The notes under the pieces: generated by a model
The model's input: the letters and a program-made list of their open reading frames with translations, nothing else
What the model was told of the DNA's origin: nothing
Databases searched by the model: none
Position numbers and translations under genes: made by a program
Shown here: in pieces, positions 25,339 to 38,600 of the stretch
Layout: every line of letters starts with the position of its first letter
Numbering within the stretch: the first letter of the stretch is position 1
From: Auanema rhodensis
Lineage: Eukaryota; Animalia; Nematoda
Assembly: GCA_964057225.1 (NCBI GenBank)
Contig: OZ059894.1
Coordinates: forward strand, 17,856,001-17,920,000
Direction: 5' to 3'
DNA length: 64,000 nt

Positions 25339-26948
25339 TTATTTAACAAAAACGGGAGGTATTTTGCATTCAACATCACTAGGAACTATTTTAAGTTCAA
25401 GAGGAGTTGCTACCGGCAATTGTTTAGGAATAATAGGATTTTTATTGTTTGGTCCCGGTGGTTTAGGTAAAGGTGCCGCTTGTATCTTCACAACCTGCAA
25501 CATACTTTATATAGTTAACAACAAAGATTAGTATAAATATTAGTATTTAATTTTGTAGAAATATTACTGATTTAAAAAATATATGAATCTAATTATTCAT
25601 AAAAAAACAAAATTAAATTTTAAATTAAATGAAAGCAACCGGCGTGTAGCGCATGAAGAACGAAAAATAGATTTTACACGTGAACGTAACGTGACCTTTC
25701 GAATGATCATATTTCACATGATAACTAATCTATCCTTAGTGATATAATTGCGAAGAAATAGCAGCAAGTTTTTAAGAACCAAAAATATTTTGTTTTATAT
25801 GGTTAAACATATGATTTCCGGCATTTTGGTCATTTCGATTTGCTTTGACTTTACGGCTTCAGTAATTTTCGTATATATTATATTAAATTGATCATAAAAG
25901 AAAAGTAATAACCAATGAACTTACAGGGGAAACGAATCGTTGCCTTCGACAACCACACATTATTTTGTCCCGATAAGAAGGTAATATTAAAAATATAAGA
26001 AAGAAACAGAATATTGGAAATAAAAAGGTCCAAATACGTGTCGCCTCCTCATTAATAAAAACGTCCAATACATTTGTTGTATTTAAGAAAAAAGTTAGCG
26101 ATACAATACAATCTAAAGGAATTTTAATTTAATGTTGAAATTTATTTTTTTTACGAACACAGTACAGCAACGGAAGGTAGATGTACTAAAATGCCAAATA
26201 AAATTGCCCAGCCTAGACGGGATCTAGCATCAAAGACGACAGGATCTAACCTGTCCATTGTTGGTCGGACACCAGAACAGCAAGTGAAGGCTGGTATACT
26301 CTAGACTTTAATCATTAGAAAATTTCTTTTTTTCCTCTTTTAAATTTTTTGTTGACATTTCCTTTCATCTAACTAACCAGGCCGATAATTCCAAAAGATA
26401 TTGGAATAGACAATATCATAGGGACTGTTATAAAAAGTAAAAGAATTTTAAAAATTGATTCCGGAACAAAGTTATAAACAGCATTCATTATGAAAGAATA
26501 AACAAATATCATGAAAAAAGGTATCCTAAATCCATATATAAACATAAAAATGGAATATTTCGTATAAATGCTTACCAAGTACAGCAACTATAAATTTGCT
26601 TTCGTTTCGTCCCAACTTTCAAAGCCATGAACAAAAATATAGGCATCCCCATTAATAGAGTCATTACGGCTGTTGTTGATGCCAAGTTATAGCCCAAATA
26701 TGCCGCAGTTTCACTAAAATTAACAGATCATATTGGTTCATTAATTAGGATTTGATACAATGGTGATCCCCGAGAACATAAAAACTGTATTGCAATGATT
26801 CCAAGCTTCAAGCCATTTCCCATAGTTATAGCAAGACCAACTAGGCTCATATAAGCCTCCGTAAAATCTCTTTCAATAAAAATATTACAAATCCAAAATG
26901 CAGCTACAAGCAGACTCTCTATTACGGTCAATGACCATCCAAATAGAC
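25339..26948 (-). CDS. Multipass membrane protein, probably a nematode GPCR/chemoreceptor-like protein (5' end unresolved)
   Basis: In-frame spliced exons give several hydrophobic helices. The last is followed by ...FLFPIFCFFLIFLILPSYRDKIMCGC (TM7/helix-8/Cys-like) and a Pro-rich tail (PLPKPPGP...IPPVFVK*). The upstream exon(s) around 27.2-27.5 kb were not resolved. Confidence 0.65.
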
Positions 26949-28616
26949 CTAATAAAATATATTAAAACGAATATTATACTATATTAAATAAAATTTTTAT
27001 TATTATGTAGCTGTTATGATGATGTTCATTGTTTTAATTATTTTAAACTATAAATATACTATATATCATACTTCTATATAAAGCAGATTCTATGGAATAT
27101 ACGAAAGGATAGTCACATTCTCGTATTACTAGTTTGCCTCTAGTTACATCATAACAGTAAATGTCTTCTATTGATTGATTCATTGATTTCTAACCTTGAG
27201 CAGTTTTTGTTATCAAACAAATCCTAAAATAGAAAAAAAAAACATAAGAATGACATCACGAGTAAGTAAATATGTCCAAATGAATGTTAGTATTTGGGAG
27301 CTCAAAATGCTACTGTAAGTACTTTAATCGAAATAATTTAAACACACTAATTCCATCATAACAGTCTTTAGTCAAATATATTTTTCATAACTATTTATTT
27401 ATATGAAATAAAAAAAAATAAGAAAGTTGTCGTCTAGATAAACTGCAGAAGAAATGTTTCTATTCCATTCATTGAGTTACAGTGGTGGAACAGGTGATTT
27501 GGGTTTGAGCAAATCTAAATCTTTCATTAAGCCAGGTGACATGATATATCATTTGATATTATATTTTATAAATTCCGTGTAATTTTATAATAATTATATA
27601 GTTTGAAGTATGAAAAAACCAAGAAAACGAATTTCAGGTGTACTCAGTCTTATGAAGTATTTGGATAGAATGAAAACTTATAAAACAATTTATTTACATT
27701 TTCATCTCATTTTGCACAATATAAGAAAAAACAGTAAAAAAAGAAAATATTCTTTTTTTTCCATCAGATTTCAAATGAAAAAACCCGAAAATATTGAAAA
27801 AGAAAAGTATTTTTAATAGATTTGAATTGTTACTATACAATATAACTTACAGTTATTTATGTTATTTTCTTAATATTAATAATAATAAATATTTTTATTT
27901 TAATTTTATTATATTAAAATACTAAAATATATTAATTATGGTTTGATCATTAATGATCTTTACATTTATAAATATTTCTTTGAATCATATATAATAAGCG
28001 TTGACTGCTGCCTTAACAACGTTATTATAATCGATGATCAGTGTGAATGGTGTTGTTGAAATATATGAGAATCGTCTCTTGTTATATTTAAAACTGAAAT
28101 CGAAACAATTCTTGATGTGAAGATGTACGTAATGTTCAAAATCCATGTGAAAGCCACGTGTAGAAAAATCCAGTATGTCCTTTTTCCAATATGTTGCAAT
28201 AGTATGGTTGATCTTTACTCGTCACCAGTTTTGTTGTTAAAGATGCGAAAAATAATAAAAATTCAGAAAGTATAATTCATTTAAAGAAAAAAAAAGTTTA
28301 TTTAGTATAATATAGATATAGATATATATGTGTTTATAATATTAAAAAGCTACAACCCGTGATTTAATAATTCTGAGCTGATTGTAAATGGTAAATATTA
28401 TTATTTAATGTAATACATAAAAATTTCCCTGATGTTAATACATGTTAGTATAGTTAATTTGAGCTTTTTGTACTCTCTAATTTTGGGAAATATTTATGAT
28501 ATGTTAGTAAATGTTAATTGAATTAGAAAAAAAGAAAATATTTGAAGAGAAGTTTTGTAATGCTGCTTGTATTATGACTATTAAACGACGGCAATTAATG
28601 ATAACTAAATATAATA

Positions 28617-31600
28617 TTATTTACATAATGTTGTTTTCTGAGGGCTACGGAATGAGCCACGTGGAATACGAGATCTAAATACATTTATTATTAATATAAT
28701 TATATTTATTCATTATTTTACCTTTGAAGAGGACTAGATGGATAATGTATTGGACTACCAACATCAGGAGCTTTTGAAAAATCAAGCGAGAGAAGAGACA
28801 ATTCACTGCCAAATGAACGTAAATCTAGTGAAGACAAAGCGTTTTTGACCTGAAAATAGATTTCTGTTAAACAATGTTTCTCTTTTTCTTTCTCATACCT
28901 TGATTCGTTTCATCACCAAATCGTTGGATGAGCTGGCTCTCAGTATTGGAAACAGTGTTTTTGGTATATTTGTTAAGCAGACGGAAGTTTTTTGTTTTAA
29001 ACTAAATTAAACATAACCAATACAAAGTTACTTTACTATTCTTACCTTGCAAGCTGAATAACTTGGTTTTGGCAGATTATGAAATTTGTCTGAATCACGC
29101 CATTTCCAACGTTTTCAATTTCATGCTCCAATTCTTCAAATTCACTCAATTCTTCGTCTTCCTCTCTGAAATAGAAATAAATGAATAAAGGAAGTGTTAA
29201 CATGACTAACTCTACAAAGCTTTCGCTTATTTCCTCAGGACCTGCAGGTTTACTATTGTGAACTTCTTCAAGTTTTCTATGTATCTCTTCCATGTGATTA
29301 GTTACGAAAAGTGATGGTGTTGATGTACGAGCAGGTGAAATTGACAATTTACTGAAAATATAATATATTTTTCCTTCCCTAAGAATAAAATATGTATTAC
29401 CTCATATCTTTAACGTCTAAATCTTCTGAAGAACTACGACTGGCATATCCGCCATCTGAATCAGATGATCCACGAGTTTCTTTGCCGTATTTATTGGATC
29501 GGAAGGAGCATAGAGTTGAATAAAGTGTGCTTTCTAAATCATAACTTATACATACTTAATTAATCAATATTTACCGTATTTATTCTTTTTCTTCTTATCT
29601 GGAATTCGTTCAGGAGCATTTGGCATAATTGATGTTCTTGCATTGTAGATAATAGTAACTAAATCAGCTGCACTGAAGACATTAATTGGACTTTTTTCGA
29701 ATTTCGCCATCATTTTTCCGATTTCCCGATACATTGAGCAGTTTTCATTTAAAGTTATTCGTGTTGGCTTCAAGTCATTAAGATATTTAAGTCCAAGTAA
29801 TAGCTCATCGACATCAATTGTGGGGCAATTGAATCTATCTTTCATCATACTTGCAGTTTCTTTCCATGACGTTATATCTGACGGAGCAATCTTTGATGAC
29901 TCGTCGTTTTCAGCAAACATGAAATGTAGATAACTCAATCCTGAAGGGGCTGAGTTCATAAGAGTAGTCATCAATACCAATGAATGTATGGAGCAAGATG
30001 GAAGCGGTTTCGTCATACTTAATACGAACAATGCGACAAGATTAATGTTCGAAGCGTCAATCTCAGACATGAGTATGATTACTCCTAACGATGATAACTG
30101 CACTTTCTCAGCTTCTATTTTAGATTTGATGTGTAATGACCACGCTGAGCAATTAAGTTCTTGACATGACAGTTTGCTGGATCCAAGCATAAGCCATTTT
30201 GCATCCAAATCTAGTTTCATAACATTTTCGAATTTCCCACTGATTACGGCAGTTCGTGAACATCCAAAGCTGACCTGAATAGTTGTTTAGTCTTTTTCTT
30301 TAAAAATAATGCTCACGTTATTCATATTGCTGAAGTTAACAGATGAATGTACTGTGGATGAAAACAAAGAAAATGTGTCAGATTGAGAAGTTGAAGAATA
30401 ATTTCCGGATACTGTAGCAATTTCTCCATTGATAACACATTGGAAACAATCTTCAATGTCTGCATTCAAGTGTAACTCGCTACTTTCAATTGCTGTTCCA
30501 TTGATATTCTAAGAAAGCTTTCTATCTGCAAAACTGAACAAACATTTACCAACCTTGAACTTTCCATTTGTAACAGTTAGACTCTCTTTTGCAAAAATTT
30601 CCAGGAACTTCAAGCTTGCAACAAGTCCAGTCATTTTGACTTTAACTCCTTCAATACAAATTTCTGATTCGGGAGACGAGCCAACAATAGATCCAGAAAT
30701 GAAGACATCACTTCCCTAAATAATATAAAAATATTTTTGATTTGAAATATTCTAAACCTTAATAGCTGATATGAATAATTTCCCTTCTACCAATAAATTA
30801 CCATGTATGTATAATGCTGATGTTAAAATGGTAGTAGCATCAGCCTTAAAAAAGAATTAATATAGTTTATGATATGCTGGTCAAACCTCTCCCAAAGCTC
30901 TCAACCGGAATATCGCATCAGGCATTATTTCGATCGAAGAAGCAGTTATATCTCCTAGAGCTACAATCTGATGCAGATCAAAGGCAACATCAGATTTTTC
31001 TGCTTGGAACGTGTTAACCTATAATTCATTTGAAAATTAATGTTGAAAATAAAAAAATAACTGAACCTCTAGTTGATTTTTACATGCAACGATCACTTTT
31101 TCAAAGCCGGATGACACTGATAGTCGTCCACATCGTAAAGTACCGTCAAGGAAAATACGAAGTTCTTTTGCACTTCCGGTAATAACCAAATTGTTGACTA
31201 ATACATCAGCAGCTTCTCGAAGATGTAGCAATGCAATATCAGTTTGTGGCCCTCCAAGTAGTATTTCTAATCGGTCAATATCGATTGTAGAGTTGAGAGT
31301 AACAGAACGTTGAGCAGCACATCCAAGGGACAATTGACGGTTTTCATCAACAATCGATGTAGCTAATAGAAGATCGCTTCGAGCAGAAAAACTTATTCTT
31401 CCTCCACGTAGAAGTGACGATGCATCCTGGAACAATAAAATATAAGAAGATTCAGAAGGATATAAATCACCTTAACAGCCAATTCAAGTTTATGTGCGCA
31501 CAAGTCTAAGTTGGTTTTGGCTTTGATAGATCCTCCTAAACGAACCCAATCATTTGACGCAGATAACAGTTTCATCTTGTTCTTTGATTCCATGAACCCC

Positions 31601-34600
31601 TGAATGAAATATTTTATATTTTTTCTCAAATATCTAATATTACTTCATCATTATTGAAATTTTTCAGACGAATATCCATATTTTCCGAAGCAAAGATTCT
31701 TCCTAGATTTTCTAGTGTACCTTCACCCATAACATATAGATAATCACAAGCTAATGTTCCTTTGTTTAACAATAATTCTTCGATTACTATTTGGAGAGAT
31801 TTCACATGGTTTTGTTTATTTTCCGAGGTTGTTAATCGACCTTTTTGAATCCAACTATTAGCTAATAGATGAACTTCCTCAGCTTGAAAGCGAATTTGAC
31901 CCTCGTGATACCATGTTTCTGCGCATATTATTCCTTCCATCTGTGGATTCTTAGCCAAAGAAACTATGGTTGAACCCTTTAGAGTTGTCAATGATCCACA
32001 TGCAATCAGTGTGTTGAATTCAATATCTGGATTTGGACTAGTAATTCCAATTAATCTTAAGATAGCGTCTTCAGATATTTGAATGGATGAAAAAGGAGCA
32101 ATGATAGCTGTAGCAGACAGACGACCAGATAAGATGAATGCAGGAAACGAATGTCTTTTGCGTGGGGTGGAAGGCAGGAAACAACTGAAAGTCCACAATT
32201 CAAAATATACTGATGAATGGTTTCAAAAACCTGTTTCCTTTTATGGTCAGTGGACTGCTCAAGATATCCCATTGACCCGTAGCATGCAGTTGTGATTCTC
32301 CAGAATAAGGAACAGTAACTTCAGCTTCATTAGCTCTCAAGAATCCATCAAAACGACAAGCTTTTAAGCATCTGAATATATTAAATTGATATAAACTATA
32401 AGATAATGTATTCACCGTAATAGAAAATGGCTACATACGATTCTTCCGTCCCAATTACACGATGAATCAGAATGAAGAACTAAATCAAAGCTTTGCTTTA
32501 CAAAAATTGTGGCATCAGAAGTTTGTTCAATTTTTCCAATAGTAAACATGCCATTCTTTTCAACCTTTAAATATAAAATATAATTAAAATCTTATATTTA
32601 GATATCTTACCTGCCAAAATGCTTGATTCAAGAAATATCCAGCAGTAACAGTAGCTTTACTGAATGTTGCAGATTTTCCTCCTTCTAATGTAATTAAATC
32701 TTTTCGAACATAAATCTATAAAAAAACAATTTAAATAATTTTCTATGAATATTATAATCTTTACATTCATTTGATCAACAACCCATATACCAGCTAATGT
32801 ACAATTTCCTTCACATGTTAATGTGTAATTTCTGCATTCCAGCTTTGAAGAAGGATAAAAATCTATTTTATCTTTAACTTGAATATGACAATCTTCAGAC
32901 GAATTCAAAAATCCATAGCTTTTCATACTGAAAATTATTTTATTTCTTCTTTATTTGATTATGTTTCTTACATATTAGCTTCAATACTTGTGTTTTCTTC
33001 TACAAGTATCTTTCCACTTTCGCCAAGTTCGAACGTATTGGCAGCTTTCAACCATAGAGATCCGATTTGCCATGAACCTTTGTGTGACACATTGCCTTCA
33101 GATGCAATTTCCATCTAAATACAAGTTTTACAAATGTTTTTTGTTTCATCTCATAACAACCTTTTCCGATTCAATGTATGAATTTGAATAAAATGAAATA
33201 CTTCTTGAAGCATCAACAGCGAATGTTTCACCAACTGACCATATGCCATCACAATCAAAACTAAAAATAGTAAAATCATTATTCATTTCTAATGAAATCA
33301 TGTACTTGTTTAGTTAAATCAAATTCTAACCTTTTACTTGTAATTCTAGCGAAAATTTCATGATTGATGATAGCACTTTCAGTAACTCTTATAGTTCCTT
33401 CACTGTTAATGATAAATGTTTTGTGTTTAACTTGGCCTAGAATTAAATATTTTAAAAATAAAATCATGTTACATCAAAAAAGAAAAGAAAAAAGATTCAC
33501 GTGCTCACATACCTGCGATTGTAACATCATTACCAACTTCTAATTCAACCCATGAACAATTCCAAATAGAATCTTTTTCAACTGTAGCACTACTACCAAT
33601 CTATATATAATATAATTTATTTTAATATTATTTATATTTAAATTTACTTTCATTTGTAATTCTTTTGATGATAATTGTGCACAATCATCACATCTTTTTC
33701 CAATTACAGCTAAAATAGCTTCTGAAGAAATGATTCCACGTCTAGACAAATAGAAAATCTTTTTTAATTTTAATATATTAATTACTAACTTCCAATCATG
33801 TACTGTAAATAAAGCATTTATCAATGTTATATTTGCCCTTTTCTGATTAAGCATTGATTCTTCCTTCTTTTCTCGATATTTCCTTATAGCTTCTTGTCTC
33901 AGAGTTAAACTAGTCTTTTTGATCTTTAAATATATAAAATTTATTATTTTATATTGAAGTTATAACTTACATTATGAACTTTATCATTGAGATCCACACC
34001 ATTTTCTATGAGATGTGCTGCAGCATCAGCATTTTGTGATGTAATAGCATTCTGCAGTGATGCGGTAGATGGAAGACATGATGTCTTTGAACGTATTCCT
34101 CGAATTTCTTTCAAAGCATCATATCCTATAGTAAAATATTTTATTTTAATATAAATATTTTGTATATATTACCCCTTCCTGCACTATCTATAGATCCATC
34201 CATCAATGATAGTAAACTTTCACCAATTTTCAGCTCTGTTCTATTTGTGGATATGATACGACCATAGTTTGCTAATGATCCCGAAATTTGGAGTGATAAT
34301 GTATCAGCAACTATCTGCGCTATTTTCTAAATTTAATGAACATTTTTTTTCGAATCAAAAAATGAAATCAAAGGACATACCGAAACATTCAAAGATAAAG
34401 TTTTTTTATTTGATTTATTCTTTTCTTTTTCATTTGATTCTCCGATACATCCATCAACGCCAAGATGTAGTAAGCTTGAATTCACAACAACGCAGAGATG
34501 TCTCGGTTCTTGTGATGTTTCATGTGGATATATACGGCCATCTAATTGCATTTTACGAGATATTACCTAAAACAATTAGTTCATCTTAGTTATTTATCAA

Positions 34601-35613
34601 ATATTAATATACTTACTCGTAGTTTTGATGTGCTTAATAAAGATTCGGTTGCAACGACAATATTCTGAGCCAAAAGAATGAGTCGTGTACTCAAAATTCG
34701 AGCATTAATGTGCATTGTACCGATAGTTGATTCAAAAGTAACACTTTGAGCTTTGATATTGCCTACAATATCAAGATTGGGTCCACCAATCGCAATCTAA
34801 ATTTATAAAATCTGATGTTAAGCTATATAATATCTCTTACTTCTCGAATTTGTGTGTTCATATCTTTTACAGTAGTTTTAAGCTCATTATCATGAGGACT
34901 TAAAGAAGAGTATATAACTATTTCTGGCTTCTTCTCATGCTATAAACCATTTTTTATTAATTTTGTTTCAAATAGACGTATCATCTCATACCATATGTTG
35001 TAATGAAATTTTGTATTGTTGTTGTAAACGTTGAATTGAAATAACATAGCCACCTGGAACTTCCGCATTGATAGCCGGCCAATTCACTGATGTATCCTTA
35101 GGGATAATAGCCTATAATTTGTATTCTTTCAGCCAATTACTATTCTTAGAAGAAAAGAAATGAAAAAACTTTTTTTTTGTATAGATTTTCAGATTGAACT
35201 ATATCAATCAACTCTCATTCATGATTAATGAATGTTAAGAAAGACAAAGAGGCAATATATTCTATTTCAATTGTTCATTATTCAATAGTAAAACTGAAGT
35301 TTTTCAATTATTATTCATAAAAAAAATTATATATTCATATTGTATATCTATTAATCTATAATACTTTAGATACTGTAAAATATGATTATGATAATATTAT
35401 TTTTATTTTTTTTACCTGAATAATAATAAAAAAATTTATAATATTATAGTAAAACATATAGATTTTATAGAAAAATAAATGAAAATTTGAATATATACGT
35501 ATGTATATACAACTTACATGAATATTTCTTCCCGTTTCATCAATTTTCAAACGAGGTTTTGATCCTCTTTCAATTCGTATACAGACTTTTTCATCTGACA
35601 TGTTCCATGACAT
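28617..35613 (-). CDS. Large (~1,700 aa, ~31 exons) beta-solenoid protein with filamentous-haemagglutinin-like repeats, one ankyrin-like repeat and a disordered C-terminus
   Basis: Continuous in-frame exon chain from tttag|ATG (35613) to ...SRIPRGSFRSPQKTTLCK* (28617). Recurring beta-strand/turn motifs: LANYGRII, LLNKGTL, LENLGRIFA, WYHEGQI, WIQKGRL, SHKGSWQI, FDCDGIW. Ankyrin-like segment SLQNAITSQNADAAAHLIENGVDLN. No signal peptide. Confidence 0.85.
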
Positions 35614-38600
35614 CTAAACGAGAATAACATTTAAAAATAATAAATTTTTAAAAGTTCTTTCTTGTATCCTCTAAAGGAAAAAAGAAAGTTTTTTTCTTAG
35701 ATAATTCTTAAAAATTGTTAATTTAAAAAGAACACAATTACAAACGAGATTTTAGTGTGTTATTCGATAAAAGTTCAAAGAAATTTAGGAATACTTGTTC
35801 AAGGTCATATAGCTCATTTAGAATTAAAGAAAGAGAAGCTTGTTAATTTAATTATTCAATAATTTAACACTGATTATCTAATTCCAAATGTTTTATACAG
35901 AATTATTTATAGTTACTATAGTAAAATGATAAAAAAGTTAAAGGAATACTATACATTTTCAAAATCACGGGGCTTATTACAGATTCAATTGATCATGATG
36001 ACATACATAGTAGGATCTATTCGGCGAAAAAAATTTAAATATGAACAATAACTAAATTGAATTTTAATATTAAAATGTTAAAATGTAGAAATAGTATATA
36101 GCTGATGAACACATAATTGTAAAATTTTGCTTTTCTCTCTGCAATATGTCCGAAAAAATTGTTTAACATCAAGACACGTTCACGGTCATATTGTCCTTTA
36201 GGGAGTTTTGCAAAAAAATGACTAAAAGGCGTAATGAACATAATGCCCCACATACTATATGTTAATAATATTAAAATAATATATTAATAATTATAATATT
36301 ATTATTGATTATTAGAAATATAAATATCTTGATTAGAAAAATTATGATACTCATCATCATCATCATCATCATCATATGTCAAGCTATTTCAATAATTGTG
36401 TAATTTAAAAGAAAGTTTATGAGGAAAGTGAGATAAGAAAAGCATACTTGTGCCTTGTACGAAGAAGATAAGCTTAAAAGTTCATCAATCTTAGACTTTT
36501 TAAATGTTCTCATGTGGTCAAAATAAGATAAACTGACCAAAGTGATAATAGGAAAAAAGTTTAACGCGCTCTGTATAGGGGCTTTGCAGTGATGTATGGT
36601 GGTTGACGGACAGGTTATAAAAACTTTTCTTTTTTATTTTTTTGGGAAAAAAAAGAGAAAAGGGGGAAGTTTAATGGTCACTACCGCGAAAACTATAATT
36701 TTTAATTTAAAAGGATCATATATTATGTGTTAAATTCACGATTGACAAAAGAAATAAAATGGTATAAAATCGACGTTAATTGTGAAAACCAGAAATCTCA
36801 CCTCTTCTTTATCGCCAAATTATGAAAAGAAGAAATAGTCACAATTTTTTTTTTCAATTAAAAATGTAAATTGAATAAGTACAAGGATAACTTAACTGAA
36901 AATGTATGAAGGAAAGATGTTTAACAAGAAAATTAGGAAAGCGCAAAAAGATGTTCTTTCTTGATAATTTTTTACTGAACCTACTATAACCTTGAGAAAA
37001 ATAATATTGACACTATGCCATTGAATAAGTAGATTATATGGAGAAAAAACATTTACTCTTAGTATATATTTCAACATTTTCATTAATATATATGCATATA
37101 GATATAGCTTTCAAATACAAATCTAAGAAGATGATATGAACTCGGGTGTATGATGTTGCTAAATTTTCAAATGTTTTCTCAAAATATTACAATTTTACAA
37201 GGAAATAGTATCAACAAAATATTTGTTTAATAAGAATTATATAGAAATTATTATAATATATATAGAACTAATAGAATGTTTCTATTTTAAAATTAAAATT
37301 AACCACTTAATACATCGTAATCTGCTTCAAAACTGTAAAAAGGTAAGACGACTACATGAGATTAGATGAGAAAACTTTTGCGCACGACCCCAAAAACAAG
37401 AAGGTTCTGAGACGAAGTGATTGAAATAGAAGGACGATCACCAAAATTTACGGTTATAGAGGAGGTAAATTGCTTCTAGAACAAACCCTATATTCTCTTA
37501 ACAGAAAGAGATTTCATTCCAAAACAAAGAATAGATATGAATGGAAGAAAGAAAGAAATTTGAAACAAAACTTGAAATAATAACTTATGTTATTCGATAA
37601 AACAAATTTAGAATATAGTAGATGCTAAAGATATCCATAGAATGCTGTAGTTAAACAACGTTTAACAAATAGAAATAAGAACACTTGTAAGATTTAAATT
37701 TCAGGTTTAACCCAAGAAAAGAGTGATCAGTTTTCTTTCAAAATGTTTATGCGATAGAATACACCACATTACGTTTTGTAAACTTTAGGTATATCAAGTA
37801 TTGAAAATAGAAATGATATAGATAGCTTTACTAGAAAACTTTAAAAACCTCAAATTTTAAAAAGTGAACTTAGAAAACGGTGAAATACTATACATAATTG
37901 GCTTTTCAGCTGTGAGAAGAAGAAGTAACACCACTCCCATAAAGAAAATGGCGCCAAATTCAAAGTTCGCTACTTTGAATCGCATGTTCAGAAATATAAA
38001 ATAAAATAGCAGCAGAGCAGGTGGAGAATTGTTGGGAATGTTAGTGATTATGCAAACCTTACAGGAAAGGAGAAATTGATAAAAACGAGAGAAACAGTTG
38101 AAAATCATGGTAACTATGATGTATATATTAGAGAGAAAGAGAGGTAGATAGATAAATAGAGAGAGATAGAAATGCAAAGTAGTTTTTGTCATTTTTAGTT
38201 ATTGAAATACGAACATCAAAAGTATGGAAAGAAAAGATTATTTAAGGCAAACATGATGATCTAATCTTTAATTATATCTAATATAATTAGTAAAACGATA
38301 ATAAAATGCTGAATACATTCTTGTATTCTTAATAGTTCTATTCAAACACATTTGTTCTTATTATTAGTCATCATTTCTAATTGTTTATTCAATATGTCAA
38401 TTCGAATTATAATGTATTGTATTTGTTGTTTTAAGTAAAAAAAAAGATAAGTTCGATACGTATAATTGAGAGAAAAACGCCTAAAGGACAAAAAAAAGAT
38501 GAAATTTGATTGAAAGAACAGACATATGTATATCTTTGAATAAGCAGTTGATGATTACGAAGACAATGATGCCTTGTGTTGTTGGCCTACGAAGAGCAAA

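Noticed and set aside
25639-25660. CGGCGTGTAGCGCA resembling a tRNA 5' end/A box
   Set aside because: No anticodon arm, T-loop (GTTCRA) or acceptor-stem complement follows.
37704-37725. GGTTTAACCCAAG spliced-leader-like sequence
   Set aside because: Only a partial match, with no proper donor or downstream Sm site.
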